Virus record (IMG/VR): IMGVR_UViG_3300032303_001618
Coordinates: 1 to 51,721 of that record
Strand: one strand, 5' to 3'
From: a virus
Taxonomy: Duplodnaviria > Caudoviricetes
DNA: 51,721 nt
Shown here: in pieces, positions 24,958-34,029 of the stretch
Layout: the number at the start of each line of letters is the position of its first letter
How positions within the stretch are numbered: position 1 is the first letter of the stretch
Notes under the pieces: generated by a model
Databases searched by the model: none
Seen by the model: only the letters and a program-made list of their open reading frames with translations
What the model was told of the DNA's origin: nothing
Position numbers and translations under genes: made by a program

Positions 24958-26271
24958 ATGACTTACGATTTTGATTATGTTTGGGCTATGGTTCGTGACC
25001 TTCGTGCTACAAGTAGCACTATTGATAAGCAAGGCATCATTCAGGACTATTGCCATATCAATAATACGGGTGCTGTATTCACAAAAAAGATTCTTTTGTA
25101 TACCTATCATCCTCTATGGCAGTATAATATTACAAGTGATAATCTCAAGAAGAAGAATCATCTTGTAGCCAGAAAGAACGAATACAAAAATTTCTTTACT
25201 CTGCTTGACGATCTAAAGAGTCGAAAGATTACTGGGCATGATGCTATTGCTGCTGTGAATAGTTTTATTGAGCATCATTCTGAATACGAGGAACTGATCC
25301 ATTGTGTAATTGATAAGGACTTGAAAACTCGTGCTGGAGATAAGATTATCAACAAGGCAATTCGTGACCATATTCCAGAGTTTAGTGTTGCTTTGGCAGA
25401 TAAGTATGAACCTAAACTTGTAGATTGGAAGGACGGGTGGTATGTTAGTCGGAAGATTGATGGTGCTAGATGTATTGCTATTGTTGATAATAATGGCGAC
25501 AGTACTTTTTATTCCCGAACAGGAAAGAGTTTTGAAACTTTGGACATTGTTGCTGGCGGCATTAAAACTCTTGGCATATCTAACGTAGTATTAGATGGCG
25601 AACTTTGTCTTGTAGACGAAGATGGTAATGAGGATTTTCAAGGAGTTATGAAACAACTCAAAAAGAAGGATCATACGATCCCGAATCCTTCATATAAGAT
25701 TTTCGATATGATTAGTCACGATGAATTTTATAGCAAGAAGGGTGAGAAAAATAAACCATACTCTATTCGATATAGTAATCTACGAGAAGTTATGAAGAAT
25801 AACTCTTGTGTTTGTCTTAGTGTTCTTGGTCAAGAACTTATTAAAGATGATGACCATTTTGCTGAGTGGACAGGGAAAGCCAAGGAATATGGTTATGAAG
25901 GTCTAATGCTTCGTGCTGATGAACCATATAAAGGGAAGCGATCCAAAGACCTTCTCAAGTTTAAAAGTTTCTGCGATGACGAATATGAAGTTGTAGATGT
26001 TGAAATGGGGCCATTTCGCTATGTTAAAGATGGTGCAGAATGTGAGGAGACTATGTTGAGCTGTGTTATGATTCGGCATAAGGGTCACACTGTAAGGGTA
26101 GGGTCTGGTTTTAGTATCGAACAAAGACAGGAGTTTTATAAGAACCCTAAGAAGATTCTTGGAAAGGTAATTTTGGTACAATATTTCGAGGAGACAGAGA
26201 ACGAAAAGGGTGGTATCTCTTTGAGGTTTCCAACATTCAAATACTTATATGGGGATTCTAGGAGTATATAA
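24958..26271 (+). CDS. ATP-dependent DNA ligase
   Basis: KIDGAR (motif I), LDGEL, IFD, EGLMLR, LLKFK, VGSGF, SLRFP. Confidence 0.95.
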   Translation: MTYDFDYVWAMVRDLRATSSTIDKQGIIQDYCHINNTGAVFTKKILLYTYHPLWQYNITSDNLKKKNHLVARKNEYKNFFTLLDDLKSRKITGHDAIAAVNSFIEHHSEYEELIHCVIDKDLKTRAGDKIINKAIRDHIPEFSVALADKYEPKLVDWKDGWYVSRKIDGARCIAIVDNNGDSTFYSRTGKSFETLDIVAGGIKTLGISNVVLDGELCLVDEDGNEDFQGVMKQLKKKDHTIPNPSYKIFDMISHDEFYSKKGEKNKPYSIRYSNLREVMKNNSCVCLSVLGQELIKDDDHFAEWTGKAKEYGYEGLMLRADEPYKGKRSKDLLKFKSFCDDEYEVVDVEMGPFRYVKDGAECEETMLSCVMIRHKGHTVRVGSGFSIEQRQEFYKNPKKILGKVILVQYFEETENEKGGISLRFPTFKYLYGDSRSI

Positions 26272-26600
26272 TGATTAGAAAAGGAAAAGGAGAGAAAACC
26301 TTCGCCAGAGAAAGGAAACTCTTTTCAAACACAAAAAAGGGTAGAACTCCAGCAGAAACTCTACATTTTAAGATTATCAGTATGCGTACCAGAGATTTAA
26401 AAAATATAGTTCAAAATCCCGACAAGGTGGATTTACTCACCCTATCTTTTGCTAAAGAAGAATTAGATAGACGTAACTTTAATCAAAAAAATAAAATTGA
26501 CACACAATCCAAAAGACATAAACTGAATAAAAAATTTCCAGAACATAAACATATTATGAAAAAATGGAAAGAACACAAAAAAAGAAATCGGGTCGAGTAA
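26271..26600 (+). CDS. basic hypothetical protein
   Basis: Coupled ORF. Confidence 0.6.
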   Translation: MIRKGKGEKTFARERKLFSNTKKGRTPAETLHFKIISMRTRDLKNIVQNPDKVDLLTLSFAKEELDRRNFNQKNKIDTQSKRHKLNKKFPEHKHIMKKWKEHKKRNRVE

Positions 26601-26605
26601 CGGAC

Positions 26606-26634
26606 TTGACAAGCCGATAACTCTAGTGTACAAT
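26606..26634 (+). promoter_or_regulatory. sigma70-type promoter
   Basis: TTGACA-17-TACAAT, GCCGATA in the spacer. Confidence 0.8.
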
Positions 26635-26671
26635 CGAAGCATACACTTTGGAACTAAACTTTGGAGAAGAT

Positions 26672-27370
26672 ATGAGCGAAGCAGTTATTGAGAAAAAGCC
26701 GGTTGTCATGAGTACCACAAAAGCCGACGAATTTTTTAAGAACTTTCCCAAGGATAAGGTAGTCGCCTATAAAGACTATTGGGAAACTGTTCGACCAAAG
26801 AATAATGATGATATTTTTAGGCGTTATCTTTTTGCTTTCATGAGTGTCCATACTACATGGGAAAGTAATGTTAAGGGTTATAATGCTGTTAAAAACTTCG
26901 ATGAATGGATTGATGACGAAACAGCACTTCTTGAAAAAATCAAAAACAGTGGAGTCGGTCTTCATAATAATCGTACAGAATATATTTGGAATTTTAAGGA
27001 TAAGTTTTGGGCCAATCCTAAAGATTATATTATAACCACTAAGAAATATCATGTTAAGAAACGTGATAGCATCATAAATAAAATTCGCGGATTAGGAGCA
27101 GCGAAAATCTCATTCAGTTGCGAGATGCAGAATCCTAATGAATGTAGAGTAGTGTGTTTGGACGTTCATTTGCTTAGACTTTATGGTTGCGAGAATCTAA
27201 AATATAACAAAAGCCCAAAGGGCATGGCTATGTACAAAAATATCGAAAGACATTGGAGTATTAACTGCGGTCGAACAAATGTGCCTTGTTATATCATGAG
27301 GTCTTTGTATTGGAATACTTTACAGAATCAAGAGAATTGTCGCTATTGGAGTCATTGTTTAGAATCATAA
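26672..27370 (+). CDS. HhH-GPD superfamily DNA glycosylase-like protein
   Basis: IRGLGAAKISF helix-hairpin-helix with Lys, followed by VCLDVH. Confidence 0.7.
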   Translation: MSEAVIEKKPVVMSTTKADEFFKNFPKDKVVAYKDYWETVRPKNNDDIFRRYLFAFMSVHTTWESNVKGYNAVKNFDEWIDDETALLEKIKNSGVGLHNNRTEYIWNFKDKFWANPKDYIITTKKYHVKKRDSIINKIRGLGAAKISFSCEMQNPNECRVVCLDVHLLRLYGCENLKYNKSPKGMAMYKNIERHWSINCGRTNVPCYIMRSLYWNTLQNQENCRYWSHCLES

Positions 27371-28236
27371 AGCATCCAACCCCCTTTGGTTTTTTTAATC
27401 TTTTTCTTAACTAATTTGTATATAATTTCTTCTCTTAGTATTTTTCTTATAGCATATATTCCATATCTAGTATCAGTTATTTTTTGTTGAGTATGAATAT
27501 TGTATATAGTATATAAATTTTTATCGCAGTTAGCATTATTAAGTCCAGATTTGTCCGGCTCTGCTAAGTTCTTAGTTAAAGACCATCCTTTATGACTTTT
27601 AAATCTTCCAGCCAGCATATTAGAAATACAACATTCTGTTAATTTATATTTTTTAATAAAATCAATTCTTTTGCCCTCATATTCTTTACCTTTTTTATGA
27701 TAAAACTTATAAATAGTCTGGTCTGTTATAGACCTCTCCGGTCTTGCATCAGTTTGTTTTTTAAAACTAGGAATAAGTCTATTGCATACTATTCTAGATC
27801 CTATATTATATTGGGTTTTTGCAAAAATTAATGTTTTAATAGTGCCATTTTGTATCCAATATTTTTTTAATAAATCTTTTGTTTTATGTGGTACTTTGAT
27901 CCAACATGCGTGTTTATGTCCATAGCGATCTGGTGGTCTAATAGCATCAAATATCATGTTATATGATTGTTTTTTATATTTACTAGCTATATTAAGATAT
28001 TGTTGTTCTTTTTCTATTAAAAACGTTTTATCGCATTTTTCTATAATCTTAAACAGAAAGTTACTTTCTCCGTCACGATTCCAAGATCTTTGTAGTTTAG
28101 GAGAATGATGATCATTTCTTTTTAATAGTTCTTTATGTTTTCTCCATCGATAATAAATATCATAACTTGACCCAATATAATATTTATTGTTTGTTGTATT
28201 AACAATTTTATATATTCCAGATACTTTTTGTCTCAT
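27352..28236 (-). CDS. GIY-YIG homing endonuclease
   Basis: SGIYKI..YYIGSS..R..H..EQ.YL..YN; C-terminal NUMOD-like KGW repeats. Confidence 0.9.
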   Translation of the reverse strand: MRQKVSGIYKIVNTTNNKYYIGSSYDIYYRWRKHKELLKRNDHHSPKLQRSWNRDGESNFLFKIIEKCDKTFLIEKEQQYLNIASKYKKQSYNMIFDAIRPPDRYGHKHACWIKVPHKTKDLLKKYWIQNGTIKTLIFAKTQYNIGSRIVCNRLIPSFKKQTDARPERSITDQTIYKFYHKKGKEYEGKRIDFIKKYKLTECCISNMLAGRFKSHKGWSLTKNLAEPDKSGLNNANCDKNLYTIYNIHTQQKITDTRYGIYAIRKILREEIIYKLVKKKIKKTKGGWMLYDSKQ

Positions 28237-28298
28237 ATTGTAATTATCCTTTCTTCTAGAAGAAGATACACCAACTCTACGCCAAAACTATTATTTTC

Positions 28299-28327
28299 TT
28301 GACAGCCCGACAATCAGACGATATTAT
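28299..28327 (+). promoter_or_regulatory. sigma70-type promoter
   Basis: TTGACA-17-TATTAT, GACGAT abutting the -10. Confidence 0.7.
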
Positions 28328-28350
28328 ACACATAAAAGGGACATTTCTGT

Positions 28351-28482
28351 ATGAGCCAAAACGGAAAAGGGTCAAAGCGTAGACCAAAAGGCGTAGATCA
28401 AAAAACCTGGGACGATAACTACGATAGAATCTTTAAGAAAAAGGAACCAAAAAATGCCAATAGGAGTAAGGGTTCTAATTGA
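28351..28482 (+). CDS. small conserved phage peptide (GKGSKRRP...DNYDRIF)
   Basis: Manually translated 43 aa. Confidence 0.65.
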   Translation: MSQNGKGSKRRPKGVDQKTWDDNYDRIFKKKEPKNANRSKGSN

Positions 28483-28672
28483 TACCAAGGATGGAAACAA
28501 TCATCCTATTACAGAGTATGGGTATATTACTAGAAGGTTAAACTCTCAACTATACGAAATTTGGAGTGAGTCTTCTCAAATAACATATCTATTAAGTCCA
28601 CAAGAGTTTACTGAGATCAACGAAGATCAAGGAGAACAGCATCTTTATGGGCTGCGTAACAAAATACAATAA
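28454..28672 (+). CDS. hypothetical protein
   Basis: AAGGA RBS. Confidence 0.6.
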   Translation: MPIGVRVLIDTKDGNNHPITEYGYITRRLNSQLYEIWSESSQITYLLSPQEFTEINEDQGEQHLYGLRNKIQ

Positions 28673-28931
28673 AGACCAAACTACTTCTGTGTTTGTGCCG
28701 TGTGATTGTACGAACGAGATTTTGTATATAGAGTACGACCACCAACATAAAATAGCAGATTTATCTATTTATTCCCATCCCTCATATGGTAGAAGCCTGT
28801 CATTATGGCAAAAACTAAGATATATCTGGCAGGTTTTGGTACACTCTAAACCATACTCCGATCAAATGGTTTTAACGGGCCGTCAACTAAAAGACCTCAA
28901 GAGATTTCTGGTCGAAATTGATATCAAATAG
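28647..28931 (+). CDS. hypothetical protein
   Basis: AAGGAG RBS; CDC..E motif. Confidence 0.7.
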   Translation: MGCVTKYNKDQTTSVFVPCDCTNEILYIEYDHQHKIADLSIYSHPSYGRSLSLWQKLRYIWQVLVHSKPYSDQMVLTGRQLKDLKRFLVEIDIK

Positions 28932-28976
28932 TGTATAATATTATGTTGGCGACTACTCTCATATAGGAATTTATTT

Positions 28977-29168
28977 ATGAGTATGAACAATTATTTAGGT
29001 GATGAATTAGCATATAAAGTAAAGGCTCTTAGTTTAGCCATATCTGATGCCGATAGAATTATTCATATCCTACAAGAAGAAAATAAAACTCTAAAAGACA
29101 TTCTCAATGGTCTAATGTCTATAAAAAAAGAAGATCATCCTAATACTCAAGAGGTAGTTTGTGTCTAG
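28977..29168 (+). CDS. coiled-coil hypothetical protein
   Basis: AGGA RBS. Confidence 0.6.
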   Translation: MSMNNYLGDELAYKVKALSLAISDADRIIHILQEENKTLKDILNGLMSIKKEDHPNTQEVVCV

Positions 29169-29430
29169 TAAAATAAATTCTAGATATGGAAGCAAAAGAA
29201 CAGTAACCCAAATAAATGATAATCAGTTTATAGTCGAGGGAGATACCGGATTTCTAAGAATAGGATTTGAAATAGACCCAAGTAGTCCAACTTATGTGGA
29301 TTTTGAGGGTGGGCCTTTTCTACATCTTGGTCATGATTTTTTTGGTAAAGGAAGGGTCACAGAAATGCAGATTATAGACAGCGATAAGAAAGACTACTCT
29401 ATAATTAAAGTAACGCTAGAAAATAACTAA
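29161..29430 (+). CDS. hypothetical protein
   Basis: SRYG..R..VDFEGGPF..G. Confidence 0.7.
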   Translation: MSSKINSRYGSKRTVTQINDNQFIVEGDTGFLRIGFEIDPSSPTYVDFEGGPFLHLGHDFFGKGRVTEMQIIDSDKKDYSIIKVTLENN

Positions 29431-29450
29431 ACTATAGTGGGAGATAAACC

Positions 29451-29849
29451 ATGAAGTACTTGTCTCTGGTTATTTTATTAACCTGTATGTTTATCTCTGC
29501 TGTTGCTAACGCTCAAGTTTCTGAAACTTCATATGTCATAAACGATGACTATGAAACAGCAAGAGTACTTGCTAAAGAAACTAATATGCCAATACTCTTA
29601 ATATTTAGTGCTGACTGGTGTGGTTATTGTCAGCAACTTAAAAAAGATCTATCAAACATAGAAGACATAGATAGATATATTGTATGTATTATAGACATAG
29701 AAGCGAACCCAGACTTTAAGGCAAAGATGGGTGTTAAAAGTTTGCCAACGTCTATTATTATAAATCAAATCAATAATAATGAGATGTCAAGAAAAACAGG
29801 ATATAAAGCACCAGAATATTCTCGCTGGTTGCGAAGAAAGTCTAACTAG
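29451..29849 (+). CDS. secreted thioredoxin-fold protein
   Basis: Signal peptide; FSADWCGYC; V..LPT. Confidence 0.85.
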   Translation: MKYLSLVILLTCMFISAVANAQVSETSYVINDDYETARVLAKETNMPILLIFSADWCGYCQQLKKDLSNIEDIDRYIVCIIDIEANPDFKAKMGVKSLPTSIIINQINNNEMSRKTGYKAPEYSRWLRRKSN

Positions 29850-29908
29850 GACACAATTTAGTTTTTTGAAAAACGAGTTGGAACGCAAAAATTTTTCAAG
29901 GATGCGTA

Positions 29909-29937
29909 TTGACAGTGACGATACACTGTTGTACAAT
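29909..29937 (+). promoter_or_regulatory. sigma70-type promoter
   Basis: TTGACA-17-TACAAT, GACGATA in the spacer. Confidence 0.8.
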
Positions 29938-30016
29938 GAAAGGACAAGGCAGGAGTTAATCGGTCGCGTGACCGAATCCTGCTGAGTGAGTTTGGATTAA
30001 GATTTGGAGGTTGATT

Positions 30017-30298
30017 ATGGCTGAAGTTACTACTCTGGAAAAGCAGAAGCGTGTTCGTTGCAGCGACGAGCAGTTTCTTGAGGCGGTGTTTTCTAGCAAG
30101 ACCTATGCTGAGATTGCTACTAAGACGGGTCAGAAGGTCGCTAGTACGATGGCTCGTTTTGCTCGTACTAAGGAGGCTCTTAAGGCCAAGGGTATTGAGT
30201 TGCCCACAATGGAACGTGCGAAGCCAATCAAGACGGTGGACAATGTTGAGCAGATGGCTCAGATTGTGGCTCGTCTCAAGGCCCATGCCAACGGTTGA
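30017..30298 (+). CDS. putative DNA-binding (HTH-like) protein
   Basis: GGAGG RBS; TYAEIATKTG helix pattern; GC-rich codon usage. Confidence 0.7.
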   Translation: MAEVTTLEKQKRVRCSDEQFLEAVFSSKTYAEIATKTGQKVASTMARFARTKEALKAKGIELPTMERAKPIKTVDNVEQMAQIVARLKAHANG

Positions 30299-30300
30299 TT

Positions 30301-30398
30301 AAAACCCAAGATGCACTGGCTACACAGACTAAACGAGAGGCACAAAGTTATAGTCAACCTCAAATCAATGGTTTGTGTAGTCGGTGTGTTTTGGTTTT
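30301..30398 (+). ncRNA. long G.U-rich hairpin RNA
   Basis: 30310-30331 pairs with 30369-30390 over 22 bp, fully paired only when G.U is allowed on the + strand. Confidence 0.55.
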
Positions 30399-30820
30399 AT
30401 TAATCCAGCATGAAGTTTTCTATGACAATTAGAACAAATTACAATACATTTATTAATTTCTTCTTGAATAGTTTGTATCGAATTAGCGCCCCTACACATA
30501 ACAGAAATATTCCAATCTTTAATTTTTGGATTAATATGGTGAAAGTCCAGACAAACGGGAGTATTTTCTGAACAGAATTCACACCCTTTGTTTGCTTTAT
30601 ATTCATTGATAAAATCTTTATTTCTTCTTTTATATTTAGTATTATTGATTCTCGCCCTATCACAATAAATATCTTTATTAAGTTTATAATGTTTTTTATG
30701 ATATTTTGATTGACATTGTTTACATTTACTTTGTAGTTTATTTAATTTTTTATTCTTCAAAGCAAAACATGACTCATCTTGGCTTACTTGACAACAGGAA
30801 CACTTTCTTTTAGAACTCAT
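30365..30820 (-). CDS. HNH endonuclease
   Basis: CEFC..LDFHH..KC.VICSNCHRKLH; likely start MSSKRK at 30820. Confidence 0.85.
   Translation of the reverse strand: MSSKRKCSCCQVSQDESCFALKNKKLNKLQSKCKQCQSKYHKKHYKLNKDIYCDRARINNTKYKRRNKDFINEYKANKGCEFCSENTPVCLDFHHINPKIKDWNISVMCRGANSIQTIQEEINKCIVICSNCHRKLHAGLIKPKHTDYTNH
30788..30816 (+). promoter_or_regulatory. sigma70 promoter inside the HNH CDS, driving tRNA-Leu
   Basis: TTGACA-17-TAGAAC, 10 bp before the tRNA. Confidence 0.55.
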
Positions 30821-30826
30821 ACATAC

Positions 30827-30909
30827 CTCACGGTGGCGAAATTGGTATACGCAAGGCACTTAAAATGCCTCGACTTTTAGTCATGAGGGTTCGACTCCCT
30901 CCCGTGAGA
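30827..30909 (+). tRNA. tRNA-Leu (anticodon TAA)
   Basis: CTCACGG/CCGTGAG-A; AGGCA-CTTAAAA-TGCCT; long variable arm; GAGGG-TTCGACT-CCCTC. Confidence 0.93.
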
Positions 30910-30948
30910 TTATACACCAACTTATTTGAAATTTACAAGATTTGACGA

Positions 30949-30976
30949 TTGACAACAAAACAGAGATCGCTATTAT
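30949..30976 (+). promoter_or_regulatory. sigma70-type promoter
   Basis: TTGACA-16-TATTAT. Confidence 0.65.
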
Positions 30977-31034
30977 CTAGTAAGTGTTGAATGGATTTGA
31001 CCTTTTATTTTTTAAACACCAAGGAGATTCTAAT

Positions 31035-31253
31035 ATGAAGAATATTGTTCTGTTTCTAGTTGTTGCTCTTTCGATTCCGGCACTATCTTTTGCTGGAGAT
31101 TGCCAGTCTGGTAATTGTGCGGTTGTTCGCGGTCGAAAAGTTGTGATTGTTACAAAGAGTGTTGTTCGTGAAACCGTAGTTCTACCAAAGAGAATTGTTT
31201 CAGGTTGTGCTAACGGTGTTTGTCGCACCCGTAACGTAACTGTTATCCGATAA
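31035..31253 (+). CDS. small secreted Cys-containing protein
   Basis: AAGGAG RBS, signal peptide, CQSGNC and CANGVC motifs. Confidence 0.75.
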   Translation: MKNIVLFLVVALSIPALSFAGDCQSGNCAVVRGRKVVIVTKSVVRETVVLPKRIVSGCANGVCRTRNVTVIR

Positions 31254-31343
31254 TTTTTATGAAAAAGAAACCCCGATGCCTCTTAATAATGCACACTTTC
31301 GGGGGATCTTTTTATTCCGTCTATAACTTTCAAGGAGGAAATT

Positions 31344-31643
31344 ATGAAGAAGGCTTTTATTATTGGTCTGTTCTTGGTCTGCCCCGTAGTTGCTAATGCT
31401 CAAAATGTGAATAAAACATACGCATATACAACGTCATCAGCACAAGGGGTTGCAAATATTCAGGCCCAAAGAAATTCTATGGGTCATTGTGGTGGAAATA
31501 GAGGCTATGAAGGGGTGGGTTTTTCTCCCATTAGTGCGGATCATGCTATTTAAAATTGTTGCTATTGGGGACAAAAGACTCCGGTAGAAATTGGGGTTGC
31601 CAGAGGGGCGAGAGGATGGTATGCTTGTGTTAGGTATCGCTAG
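31344..31643 (+). pseudogene. secreted protein with in-frame TAA (31551-31553)
   Basis: Frame continues after the stop as NCCYWGQKTPVEIGVARGARGWYACVRYR*. Confidence 0.7.
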
Positions 31644-31660
31644 AAATACAAAGGAGATAT

Positions 31661-31876
31661 ATGAGTAAGAATACTATAGAACTATATAAGATTGGTAGCC
31701 AAGTAAAGTTGGCAGATGATGTGTTTGGTACAATAGTTGGAATAAATATTAGGGGCGAAAACCACGTTACATACGAGTGTGGCTGGTGGAATAGTCGCTC
31801 TTATACAACTCAAACATTTTCTGCCAATGAGATAGAAGTAACACTTTCCGAAAAAACTAGAATAGGATTTGCATAA
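31661..31876 (+). CDS. hypothetical protein
   Basis: AAGGAG RBS; ends RIGFA. Confidence 0.75.
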   Translation: MSKNTIELYKIGSQVKLADDVFGTIVGINIRGENHVTYECGWWNSRSYTTQTFSANEIEVTLSEKTRIGFA

Positions 31877-31877
31877 A

Positions 31878-32120
31878 ATGGAACAACACGCCAATCCGAT
31901 AGAATATTTAATTGAATTTGCGTGGGCTAATGGTGCTGATCGTTTTGTGGTTAACAATGCCAAAGACGAACTCAAAAGACTAAAAGCCAAGTATGAAAAA
32001 CTTGACCCACCAGTTGCTTGGGCTAAAATAAACCAGTATGGAGATTTGTATGATCTGAGACTACAAAATAATCCATATAACGACCAAAAAACAGTAGTTC
32101 CTCTTTATAGGCAAGATTAA
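31878..32120 (+). CDS. hypothetical protein
   Basis: PVAW...VPLYR pattern. Confidence 0.7.
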   Translation: MEQHANPIEYLIEFAWANGADRFVVNNAKDELKRLKAKYEKLDPPVAWAKINQYGDLYDLRLQNNPYNDQKTVVPLYRQD

Positions 32121-32122
32121 AC

Positions 32123-32443
32123 ATGACAACAATTAGTAATAGGTTTTTTAGAGGCATGGGGTTGAATACCGGAAATCCTAGATCCCATTTTCAGTATTTT
32201 GCTATAGACACCGTAAAAGAAATTAAGGATTATGAGGGCGGGGTTATCTTCGATGCTGTAAAAGATGCAGAAGACTATTTTTCTAGAGATGAAACGGTTG
32301 GGGAACCATTCTATGTGGTTTTTGGGTCTTTTAAAGCGGATCATGTTCAATCTGGTATGCACATAGCAACCTTTGATAATCTTAGTGATGCGGTTCGTCT
32401 TGTTGAAATGCTAACCGGAAATCCTATTGAAGAAAAACAATGA
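32123..32443 (+). CDS. hypothetical protein
   Basis: ORF in operon. Confidence 0.7.
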   Translation: MTTISNRFFRGMGLNTGNPRSHFQYFAIDTVKEIKDYEGGVIFDAVKDAEDYFSRDETVGEPFYVVFGSFKADHVQSGMHIATFDNLSDAVRLVEMLTGNPIEEKQ

Positions 32444-32973
32444 GTAAAAACTATCTTATAGATATAAATCTATATGATGAAGGAGGCTATGCTCAATTCT
32501 ATAGCATAGTAAGCCAAAACGATCTTGGATTTAAAGAGTTTCGTAATAAGCAAAAGGCTTTAGATTCATATTGGAGACAAAAGAAGTTGAGTCTTTTTGA
32601 CCTAGCCCCAAAAGTGCTTGGAGATGTTTGTCAACTACAATTCTGCTCTGATATAGATTGTCCTTCTATGACTAGTGGCTGGGGCTATATTACCGAAAAA
32701 GCACAGATGCCCATATGTACTAATGATAGGCCACATTCTTTAAGGTCTATACAAAATCTAGTAAACAAAATATATCAAAAAACCAAATTAAAGTTTTGGG
32801 ATTGCCACTATTGGAACATTGGACTAATAGAAAGAAAGGGCAAAACTAAACTAGTATGTATAGATACCGGGAAAGAAAGTTTTGATGGTTATGCTAATGC
32901 TTGGGGTTTTTCAAGCCCTGGGCCTAAATGTTGTTATTGTAATAAGTATCAATGTAGATGCAGCGAGGACTAA
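32440..32973 (+). CDS. protein-kinase-like fold protein
   Basis: EGG.A.F, GFK, DCH..NIG and CIDTG resemble kinase catalytic and DFG motifs. Confidence 0.55.
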   Translation: MSKNYLIDINLYDEGGYAQFYSIVSQNDLGFKEFRNKQKALDSYWRQKKLSLFDLAPKVLGDVCQLQFCSDIDCPSMTSGWGYITEKAQMPICTNDRPHSLRSIQNLVNKIYQKTKLKFWDCHYWNIGLIERKGKTKLVCIDTGKESFDGYANAWGFSSPGPKCCYCNKYQCRCSED

Positions 32974-32975
32974 AA

Positions 32976-33305
32976 ATGCCATATATAGATGAATCTAATA
33001 GAAGTAAACTTGATCAGTGCGTAAGCGAACTCATTCTTTGTCTTAAAAATACGGTTCTGGATAAGCCTTTTGATACAGCCGAACTGAGTAATGAACAACT
33101 ATTAAAGATCGCGGGTAATATTAACTATGTTTTTAGCCGAGTTAGTGCTGGTTTAATGGGTACTCCATCCTATCCTAAAATAGCGATTATAACTGGTGTA
33201 TTAGAAAATATAAAGCAGGAGTTTTATAGGCGTATTGGTGTATCTCTAGAAGAGAGGAAAATAAGGGAAAATGGAGACATACCAGAATATAAAAAGCGAT
33301 GTTAA
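32976..33305 (+). CDS. conserved phage protein (MPYI..NY..EFYRR..NGD family)
   Basis: Recognisable motif string; GAGGA RBS. Confidence 0.75.
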   Translation: MPYIDESNRSKLDQCVSELILCLKNTVLDKPFDTAELSNEQLLKIAGNINYVFSRVSAGLMGTPSYPKIAIITGVLENIKQEFYRRIGVSLEERKIRENGDIPEYKKRC

Positions 33306-34021
33306 AAAACACTAAAAAAAATGACTATTCTATAATTCCAAAAAAAGAACTTAAACAATTATTAGAACAAGGTTTAAACTATACAGAAATTGGAAAAATA
33401 TATAATAAAAATCTACACTATATTAGAACAATATGTAAACTGTACGACCTAACGCTTTCAAAAAAAGTTGGCAAATGTTTAAAATGTAATAATCAATTCA
33501 GTTATTCAGCATCAAAAAACCAAAAATATTGCTCAGACAAATGCCGGTCTGCCCATTGGCCAATATTATATCCAAAAAAATTCAAGGAACATAGTAAAAA
33601 ATCACACTTTAAAAATAATCCTATTAAATGTAAATATTGTAAAATTTTGATTCCTGATTCGGCAAGAAAGTCTGGTGTGACATACTGTAGCGATATATGT
33701 AGAGCTGAAAATAGAAAAAATCAAAACTATTGTTATAGATCTAGTATAAGTACAAATTTTATAAAATATAAAAAAGATATAGGCTGCCAAAATTGTGGTT
33801 ATAATAAGTGCGGTGCGTCGTTAGATTTTCACCATGTTGATCCGACAACTAAATCCAGAAGAATCAGCGCTGGATTATGGAATAATAAAACACATCTATT
33901 TGAAACAGAATTAAATAAGTGTATATTATTATGTAAAAATTGTCATTATGAAGCACACAGCGGCGTATTGGAAATACTACGAGTTGACAATAAATGGAAT
34001 TGTCAATATAAAACTAGCTAG
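33299..34021 (+). CDS. HNH endonuclease with Zn-finger repeats
   Basis: YCSDKCR / YCSDICR; CQNCG..LDFHH..KCILLCKNCH. Confidence 0.85.
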   Translation: MLKNTKKNDYSIIPKKELKQLLEQGLNYTEIGKIYNKNLHYIRTICKLYDLTLSKKVGKCLKCNNQFSYSASKNQKYCSDKCRSAHWPILYPKKFKEHSKKSHFKNNPIKCKYCKILIPDSARKSGVTYCSDICRAENRKNQNYCYRSSISTNFIKYKKDIGCQNCGYNKCGASLDFHHVDPTTKSRRISAGLWNNKTHLFETELNKCILLCKNCHYEAHSGVLEILRVDNKWNCQYKTS

Positions 34022-34029
34022 GAGTTAAA

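Noticed and set aside
29858-30286. 142 aa antisense ORF and +1-frame ORF 30051-30302
   Set aside because: Shadows of the GC-rich gene at 30017-30298
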